From Candidatus Atabeyarchaeum deiterrae (GTDB taxonomy: Archaea; Asgardarchaeota; Atabeyarchaeia; Atabeyarchaeales; Atabeyarchaeaceae): DNA of 64,000 bases. The stretch lies in assembly GCA_037310415.1 (NCBI GenBank), contig CP147780.1:1280001-1344000 (forward strand), in the 5' to 3' direction. Both the position numbers and the translations under genes were made by a program. Shown here one piece after another: positions 57,628 to 64,000 of the stretch (position 1 is the first letter of the stretch; each line of letters begins with the position of its first letter). The notes beneath the pieces are model-generated. The model saw only the letters and a program-made list of their open reading frames with translations. It was not told the origin of the DNA and searched no databases.

Positions 57628-58326
57628 TCATAGGACCAGTTCCTCTAGTTCTGTCAGCGAACTGAGTTGAAAGGTGGTATTTGCGCTTTTCTGTTTCATT
57701 TTGTCTTTCATTCTTGCCCTTTTTCCTCGCGTGATGAGTGCTGTGAGTGCCCCACTCTTTTCGCCTGCGATAATATCGGTTTCGTTGTCCCCTACTACGA
57801 TGGATTTTGAAGGATCTTCGTGCAACTCATTTAGGCAGCGGAGTATTCCGTCTGGCTCAGGCTTGGGCCTCAGATTGTTCCTGAAATCACCCAAAGCTAC
57901 AACGCTGTCAAAGTACTTGCTGAGCTCAAAGTACTGAAGTTCCAATGAGACAGCTTTTAACGAAGAATTCGAAACCAAACCCAGCTTCAGTTTGCCCCAT
58001 AATTTGCCCAGAATGTCTGCATCATCGTACAGCCGCACCTTACCTGTTCCCATGAGTTCCTTTTTCAGGTCATACTCATTGGAGCTGAGAATGTCGAGAA
58101 AGGACCTCCTGTCTGCAGCGTCTTTGATGCCCCATTTTCGAAGTAGAAGTAAAAATCCACCGCCAGAGAACCAAAACCCAATTCTATCTTTTGAGCTGGT
58201 TCTCTTCACACCGAACTGACGGAGAGTCCTCTTGAGCAATTCATCGCCAACCCACCTGAGGTTGTCGACTTCGATAAGTGTCCCATCGAGGTCAAAAATG
58301 ACCGCCGAGAACCCATTGTCCGTCAT
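57628..58326 (-). CDS. HAD-family hydrolase (phosphoglycolate phosphatase-like)
   Basis: Motifs IFDLDGTL, LVSN, KP.PDGI, VGDN.TDI.AG. Start at MTDNG (ORF track starts at 58401). Confidence 0.9.
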   Translation of the reverse strand: MTDNGFSAVIFDLDGTLIEVDNLRWVGDELLKRTLRQFGVKRTSSKDRIGFWFSGGGFLLLLRKWGIKDAADRRSFLDILSSNEYDLKKELMGTGKVRLYDDADILGKLWGKLKLGLVSNSSLKAVSLELQYFELSKYFDSVVALGDFRNNLRPKPEPDGILRCLNELHEDPSKSIVVGDNETDIIAGEKSGALTALITRGKRARMKDKMKQKSANTTFQLSSLTELEELVL

Positions 58327-58455
58327 TCTGACTCTCCCATACTGTTTTTCCAACAGAGTTTTATGTCTCGTAGCCTCTTCAAATATGCGACTGATGATCA
58401 CATTTAGTCATATACGCTGCCCTATCAACAAATAAATGTGCATATTGGCGGATGA

Positions 58456-59004
58456 TTGAAGATGTTGAAAGCTGAAAAGAAAGATACAGACTTCCTTGCT
58501 GAGTTGTCGAAGCGGAAGCTGATCGACCTCCTTTTACTTCATGTACGGAACCTATGGAGAGTAGACGGGCTTTACTTCATGGGAATAGAGAAAAAGTTTG
58601 GCACTGAAGCCGCTACTGAGATAGATGCAAGTTGCTGGAAAACCATGGGGAAATTGGAGGCAAGGGAACTCCAGGAAAAGCTCCACGTTAAGAAAGAGCA
58701 CTTGGATATCCCGTCAGTTTTGTGGATTCTGAGGAATACCAGTTGGGCGCTCTACCAACTTCATAAGGAGGTGGAACTGATGGAAGATGGAACGGGAATC
58801 TTCAGAGTGAGGAAGTGCAGGACACAAGAAACGCGAATCCAGAAAGGGTTACACGAATTCCCCTGCAAAAATGTAAGGTATGATTACCTTAAGAGTTTCG
58901 TTGAAGAACTCAATCCAGAACTTGAAGTTGTCAGTAAAACCTGTCCACCAGATGCCCATCCGCAAGACGTTTGGTGTGAATGGGAGCTCAGAAAGAAGAA
59001 GTGA
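58456..59004 (+). CDS. DUF6125-family protein (V4R/ATC-hydrolase-like)
   Basis: Motifs 'W.VDGL.F..IE..FG.E.A...D...W', 'CR.Q..R..KGL.EFPCK', 'NP......CPPD.HP...WC.W'. Confidence 0.75.
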   Translation: MKMLKAEKKDTDFLAELSKRKLIDLLLLHVRNLWRVDGLYFMGIEKKFGTEAATEIDASCWKTMGKLEARELQEKLHVKKEHLDIPSVLWILRNTSWALYQLHKEVELMEDGTGIFRVRKCRTQETRIQKGLHEFPCKNVRYDYLKSFVEELNPELEVVSKTCPPDAHPQDVWCEWELRKKK

Positions 59005-59139
59005 TCATGACAGCGGAAATGCTTTGACAGAAGTGTAATATGCGACGAGGCGCACAGATCATACAGGTCGCCTCGTTTTGTTGGCGCGCTGCTCACGTTC
59101 CTCGCTTCCCATATCTGCGTCTCATCAAGGAGGAAGATT

Positions 59140-59850
59140 ATGTCGATTAGTAGGTTCAAGACATTCTCGCCAGCTCTTGACAAGATTTTGGGTGGTGGAC
59201 TGCCCCGGTCAAGTCTCATCCTATTCGAGGTTTCTCCCGGCACCTACGCTTGGCACTATGCTGTGAAAGTTCTAGTTGATGGCCTCAATGAGGGGGACCT
59301 CGGAATCTACTTGACCTTCGATCACTCACCGAATCTGATTAGGAACCGCTTGAAGAGTTTCGACTGGGATATTGCGGAGTCTGAGACTTCGCGCAGGTTC
59401 TTCATAGTCAACGCCTTCAGGTGGGGCGAGAAGGAGGAAAAGTATGTCATCAAAGATCCTTCAAATGATGGTGAAGTCGTGAATGTCTTCGCTACAATAA
59501 GAGACAATGCGTCTGGTGCACTGCTCGACAAATGCCGGTGCGTCGTAGATTCAACTATCGCATTGTTCTTCAATTATGGGGCGGCGAAGATGGTTTCATT
59601 CGCACTTCTTCTCAGAGAAGTGTCCGTCAAGTTGGGCATTACTTCAATTCTCATCTCGCCGATGGCTATTGGGAGACGTATCAATGATATCCTCGCGTAC
59701 AACTCTGATGTTGTTATTGAATTCAAGGAATTTGAAGAAGGCGAAAGGCTAGTCAGTAAAATGCGTGTCAAGAAAATGTTAAGCCGAGGATCGTCTTCTT
59801 GGATACCTTATACGCTCAGTGGTAACAAGATCTCAATCGAAGGTGACTAG
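59140..59850 (+). CDS. KaiC/RAD55-family ATPase domain with degenerate Walker A
   Basis: Motifs LD..LGGGLP, IYLT, VVDS (Walker B), SDVVIE, R..RV.KM. The P-loop reads SPGTYAW. Confidence 0.85.
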   Translation: MSISRFKTFSPALDKILGGGLPRSSLILFEVSPGTYAWHYAVKVLVDGLNEGDLGIYLTFDHSPNLIRNRLKSFDWDIAESETSRRFFIVNAFRWGEKEEKYVIKDPSNDGEVVNVFATIRDNASGALLDKCRCVVDSTIALFFNYGAAKMVSFALLLREVSVKLGITSILISPMAIGRRINDILAYNSDVVIEFKEFEEGERLVSKMRVKKMLSRGSSSWIPYTLSGNKISIEGD

Positions 59851-59996
59851 ACACCACTACTCACTGGCTCAACTATCTTGGGCTTTGGATCTCCGCAAGT
59901 CTGCGGGAAGATGAAGTAAATACAGTATATTCATCGAGTCCGATCTTCAAAGTCACGGAAGGCATGAGAATACTGATCTTCAATGTGCCCTTGATG

Positions 59997-61334
59997 TCAG
60001 CCTGACTTCTTACCTGTCACGTCGTGGTATGCCTTCAACGCCTTCATTGCGCCATGAATATCGTCAACGTAAACTGGTATGTTGAACTCCTCTACCTTCC
60101 TGACTACTTCTTGCATAAGAGTGTTCTCAAGTTGGATACATGCCAGAATTATCGGCTTCTTGTGTAGATTCTCAATTTTCTTCAGCATCAACTTGAAGTC
60201 AAAATGGATCTCCCTGAATGCTTCATATAATATGAGTATGCCGTCCACATTCTCATCTTTGATGAAGCAGTCGATGGCGGTAGAATACTTCTCGTACATT
60301 TCGATTCCGCTGAGCATTCTTGGAGGCCATAGGTCTACTGGGTTCTCGGCTTTCAAGATGCCTACATTTCTCAACCTTTCAATAGACTCCTTGGAGAGTT
60401 TCGCTAGCTTCAGTCCATTCTCGCCTATTGCGTTTACCGCGATTGATATTGGTCCCGAGCTTGGGCTGACAATGCCTATGTTAATCCCTTTCAGTGGGGC
60501 CTTTGTAAGGGCGAATAGCTTCGCATAACTGAACAGCTCACGGTATGTTGTTGCCACTATTGTTCCAGATTCCTGCAGGCGTGGAACCCAATAGTTGTCA
60601 ACGCAGTAGGTGATGACGGGTTTCTTCTTAGTTACATTCTGTAGGGCATCGAGTAGCGCGGATTCACGTACAGTCTTCAGAAAAACCATGATTACGTTCG
60701 ACTCAGGGTCGTCACCGAAGTAGTTCAGGATATCGCTTTCCTTCAAGTCGCAAGCATTGCCTGGAGCTATGATCTTGCTGAACCTGCAAGAAGTCGTCTC
60801 CCACCAACCAAGCCCTCCACTCAACCCTCCGCTTTGGGCAAGAAATGCTATCGGGCCTGGTTTAAGCAAGCGAAAAGGAAGTATCTGTGTCGTGAATCTT
60901 GAATGGAGGTTTGCAAGGCCCGTGGTATTCGGGCCGATGATTCTGCTGTCGGTTTCCTTGATCACCTTGAGCAGTTCTTCCTCGTATTTTGCACCAGTTA
61001 CACCGATTTCAGAGAAGCCCGAGCACTGAACCAAGATTGCCTTGATGCCTAAGCTGGCACAGCCTCTGACCACCCTAACTGTGTCTATAGGCTGGCAGAG
61101 CACGACAGCAAGGTCGGGAACCTTGGGAAGAGAACGAATGTCCTTGTAACCCTTCAACCCCAGCACCGATTTCCCTGATAGGTGAACCGGAAATATCATG
61201 CCGGGATACTTCAGAGTCTTCAGATTCTTAATAACTTGGTTTCCAAATTTGCCTCGCCTGTCAGAAGCCCCGACGATTACGACGCTCTTAGGCTCAAAAA
61301 AGAGGTCAAGAATGTCGCCGTCCTTTGAAGACAT
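59997..61334 (-). CDS. ADP-forming acyl-CoA synthetase alpha-like (CoA-binding) protein lacking the phospho-His loop
   Basis: Motifs FFEPKSV..VGAS...GK.G, GF.E.G..G, GPN..G, QSG, GN.CD, NPVD. No SHTG motif. Confidence 0.85.
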   Translation of the reverse strand: MSSKDGDILDLFFEPKSVVIVGASDRRGKFGNQVIKNLKTLKYPGMIFPVHLSGKSVLGLKGYKDIRSLPKVPDLAVVLCQPIDTVRVVRGCASLGIKAILVQCSGFSEIGVTGAKYEEELLKVIKETDSRIIGPNTTGLANLHSRFTTQILPFRLLKPGPIAFLAQSGGLSGGLGWWETTSCRFSKIIAPGNACDLKESDILNYFGDDPESNVIMVFLKTVRESALLDALQNVTKKKPVITYCVDNYWVPRLQESGTIVATTYRELFSYAKLFALTKAPLKGINIGIVSPSSGPISIAVNAIGENGLKLAKLSKESIERLRNVGILKAENPVDLWPPRMLSGIEMYEKYSTAIDCFIKDENVDGILILYEAFREIHFDFKLMLKKIENLHKKPIILACIQLENTLMQEVVRKVEEFNIPVYVDDIHGAMKALKAYHDVTGKKSG

Positions 61335-61534
61335 GTTGCCGATCTCACCCTCTTCAACTGAAACGAAGACACGTGAATTTATGCAAGCCTCTTCGAGTTA
61401 GAGGTCATGAGTAATCATCATCTTTCTCCATATCTACTTTGCTTTTTTCCAGGGCGTCCCCTTCTCGCTGCCATTGTCTTGTTCATACCTCTCCTCGAAC
61501 CCAGAAGACTCTGCATGTCTTCTAAGCGATCCCT

Positions 61535-62656
61535 CTAGTTCACTTTCATTGCTTCCTCAAGAGCGGAGCATCCACCGCACCGCGGGCAGCCTGCTTTGCT
61601 GATTCCAGGGTGAAGTCCAAACTCGTTTAACACGTCTGCCACTTCTGTGTAGAGCCTTATCATTCTTTCAGTCGATGGAGGTTTCATGTTCTCCATTGTG
61701 GTTCCAGTTATTGGTCTGAAAGGAACAAGATAGGGTATGACTCCCAAGTTGGCAAGTAGTCTTGCGGCAGGGACTATGTTGTCGTCACTTTCTCCGAGAC
61801 CGGCAATGACATAGGTGCTTACCTGTCCTTCTCCGAAAAGTTCGACCGCAAATCTCCAAGCCTCAAAATACTCTTCCATTGCGGTTCTCGATTTTCCGGG
61901 GCAGATTCTCTTAAAGACAGCTTGGTCGAATGATTCAACGTGGATGCCGACAGATTCGACACCTGCCCTGGACAACTCATCCATAGTGATCATTGTCTTA
62001 GGCGGTTCGAATTGAACTTGCATCGGAAGCGAAGGGTGAATTGCCTTTAACGCTTCAACGATCCCAACATAATTCTTGATTCCCTTGTCTTCCGCAGGGG
62101 GAGTTCCCGTAGTCAACGTGACATGACTGCATACTCTCTCAGCTATTGCTTCATCGATTACTTCGATTAGCTGCCGGGGAGTCTTCCTTCCAACGGTATC
62201 ATTATCTCTAAGTGAAAGCTCGATTCCACAGAACCTGCACTGTTCTCCGCTTCTCCAGTATACACATGCCTGCAAAATCGTAGTGGCAATACAGTCAACG
62301 CTGTGGCTTAGAGCAATCTTGCTCATGGGAATACCGTCACGGGTAAGCAAGTCATAATACTTTGGCCTCTGCAGAGGTCTAACCTTATACTCAAGATCTC
62401 CGTCTCTTACTATCCATGAGTCGCCACCAAGATTAAGTAGAGAAAGGCTGGACTGCTGCGCAAACTTTGGCCAAGTTGCAGCATTTACTCCTATGTGATC
62501 GCCAAGCTGCAGGTAGAGCCCACCTGCTGGTCCAGCACCGGCTTTTCTTCCCTTCGCAATTCCTTCTGGAACCCTTATTCCTTCACAAAGTAGTTTTACT
62601 TTTAGCTCAAATAGGGATCCTGGTCCACTTGCTCTGTTGCCTTCGTCCATCGTCAT
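61535..62656 (-). CDS. Radical SAM protein, MSMEG_0568-like family
   Basis: Motifs RK.GAGP, 'P.YY.L.T.DG.P..KIAL.H..D..ATT.LQ.C..W....CRFC.I..SL', TTGTP, QFEPP, G.H.ES.D, PGK, FG.GQVSTY..AGLG, VPF.P..GT, AGC..CG.CS. Confidence 0.85.
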   Translation of the reverse strand: MTMDEGNRASGPGSLFELKVKLLCEGIRVPEGIAKGRKAGAGPAGGLYLQLGDHIGVNAATWPKFAQQSSLSLLNLGGDSWIVRDGDLEYKVRPLQRPKYYDLLTRDGIPMSKIALSHSVDCIATTILQACVYWRSGEQCRFCGIELSLRDNDTVGRKTPRQLIEVIDEAIAERVCSHVTLTTGTPPAEDKGIKNYVGIVEALKAIHPSLPMQVQFEPPKTMITMDELSRAGVESVGIHVESFDQAVFKRICPGKSRTAMEEYFEAWRFAVELFGEGQVSTYVIAGLGESDDNIVPAARLLANLGVIPYLVPFRPITGTTMENMKPPSTERMIRLYTEVADVLNEFGLHPGISKAGCPRCGGCSALEEAMKVN

Positions 62657-62875
62657 CAGAACTACCTCAAACCAATGCGAACTGTCATGGCGGTGATCGC
62701 ATACACGGCTTTCCCGACAAAGAGAGTATTGTGGCTCATTCTTTTAATCCTCTTGCCTCAAACAAACCATTAACTCATTTTCATGCCGGAGAAACAATTC
62801 ACGCCTGATCTGCTTGGCGCAAGGAGAAATGAAGAATAAAGAGTTCAAAAAAGGATAGAAGATAGAGAGGACTTT

Positions 62876-64000
62876 TCACTTGTTCTTATCCTCGTCTCCT
62901 ACTTCCTTGAATTCAGCATCAACCACATCTTCTCTACTCTTTGCTTGGGACTCCGTCTGTTCCTTCTTTCCCTCGGTTGAATATGGCTGCTGTTCTTGTT
63001 GTTGCTTCGCTTGTTGTTGCTGTTGCGCCGCTTGTTGGTAAATCGCTGCCCCTGCTTCCTGTAAGACTTTGGACAGCTCTTCGGACTTCGACTTGATCTC
63101 TGAAATATCCTTTCCAGCGAGTGCTTCTCTTGCTTCTTTTGTAGCTTTTTCTATCATGTCTTTGCTATCCTTCGGTATCTTATCACCCATGTCTTTGATC
63201 AGTTTCTCTCCCTGGTAGATAATTGAATCAGCATTGTTGCGTACTTCGGCTTCTTCTTTCTTTTGCTTATCCTGTTCAGCATAGGTTTCAGCATCTCTGA
63301 CCATGCGATCCTTCTGGTCACCTCTCAACTTCGTGGAAGCAGTTATTGTTATCTCCTGCTTGTTCCCTGTACCCAAGTCCTTTGCACTCACATGAAGGAT
63401 GCCACTTGCGTCGATATCAAACGTCACCTCGACCTGCGGAACCCCCCTCGGTGCTGGTGGTATGCCTGTGAGATTGAACATTCCAAGCGATATGTTATCT
63501 GATGACATCGCCCGCTCACCCTGGAGAACATGAATGGTCACAGCAGTTTGGAAGTCTGCCGCCGTGCTGAACACTTGACTTCTCCTTGCAGGTATCGTTG
63601 TGTTCCGATCCATCACTCTCGTCATAACTCCACCGAGAGTTTCAACGCCGAGCGAAAGGGGCGTCACATCCAGCAACAGTATGTCGCCGATCTCTCCTGC
63701 CAATGCGGCACCCTGTATAGATGCGCCGATGCATACGCATTCCATTGGGTCAATGCCTCTCTCAGGCTTCTTTCCCAGCCTCTGTTCAACGAACTTATGA
63801 ACGATGGGCATCCTTGTTGGTCCACCGACAAGGATTACCTTGTCTATCTCTTGAGTAGTAGTCTTAGCGTCGTCCAATGCCATCCTCAGAGGCTCCTTCA
63901 TTTTCTCGAATATAGGAGCCACGAGTTCCTCAAGCTTCGCCCTCGTCAGCTTGTAGCCCAAGTTCTTGGGGCCACTTGCATCAGCTGCTATGAAAGGTAG
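62876..64000 (-). CDS. dnaK: Chaperone DnaK (Hsp70), C-terminal part; 5' end lies outside the window
   Basis: Motifs [64 protein letters not shown]. Confidence 0.97.
   Translation of the reverse strand, partial: LPFIAADASGPKNLGYKLTRAKLEELVAPIFEKMKEPLRMALDDAKTTTQEIDKVILVGGPTRMPIVHKFVEQRLGKKPERGIDPMECVCIGASIQGAALAGEIGDILLLDVTPLSLGVETLGGVMTRVMDRNTTIPARRSQVFSTAADFQTAVTIHVLQGERAMSSDNISLGMFNLTGIPPAPRGVPQVEVTFDIDASGILHVSAKDLGTGNKQEITITASTKLRGDQKDRMVRDAETYAEQDKQKKEEAEVRNNADSIIYQGEKLIKDMGDKIPKDSKDMIEKATKEAREALAGKDISEIKSKSEELSKVLQEAGAAIYQQAAQQQQQAKQQQEQQPYSTEGKKEQTESQAKSREDVVDAEFKEVGDEDKNK

Noticed and set aside
62985-63040. Gln-rich codon repeat in the dnaK tail
   Set aside because: Low-complexity DnaK C-termini are common, and the repeat is imperfect and in frame.
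1-64000. CRISPR arrays, tRNA/rRNA, IS elements, selenoprotein UGA recoding
   Set aside because: None recognised by eye: no spaced repeats, T-loop/cloverleaf signatures, transposases or UGA-split conserved genes. tRNAscan-SE or Infernal would be needed to exclude small or intron-containing RNAs.

Overview
This is a gene-dense archaeal chromosomal segment with about 48 CDS. I saw no rRNA, tRNA, CRISPR array, transposase or integrase. TATA-like boxes (TTTAWA), GAGG/GGTGA ribosome-binding sites and several eukaryotic-signature proteins point to an Asgard archaeon (inference; I cannot assign it more finely). Those proteins are a Rab-like GTPase, an ARPC4 (Arp2/3 subunit 4)-like protein and two longin-domain proteins. 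Most genes are metabolic: sugar catabolism (GH38, GH35, FGGY kinase, IolB-like cupin, NagB, Cgl0159-like aldolase, PFK), larBC, a GlcD/GlcF-type oxidoreductase, tungsten AOR with a MoaD-type carrier, and a CoA transferase. The housekeeping genes are prs, hisC, cobB, dnaJ and dnaK. The most notable items are: (1) an ARPC4-like domain fused through a linker to a C-terminal helical bundle that resembles the Vps28 (ESCRT-I) C-terminal domain; (2) a tandem pair of large single-pass, receptor-like proteins (glycosylated beta-rich ectodomain, GxxxG TM helix, cytoplasmic longin + winged helix) duplicated together with their promoter; (3) a candidate RiPP-type system made of a PqqD/RRE-M50 protease fusion, a B12 radical SAM of the RiPP-maturation type, and short uncalled ORFs divergent from it; (4) three intact ORFs that look catalytically dead (glycerate kinase-like, ACD alpha-like, KaiC-like); (5) a bacterial-type HU behind an archaeal promoter. 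All family assignments come from motif recognition by eye; no searches were run. Some starts were moved from the ORF track to better RBS-supported codons.
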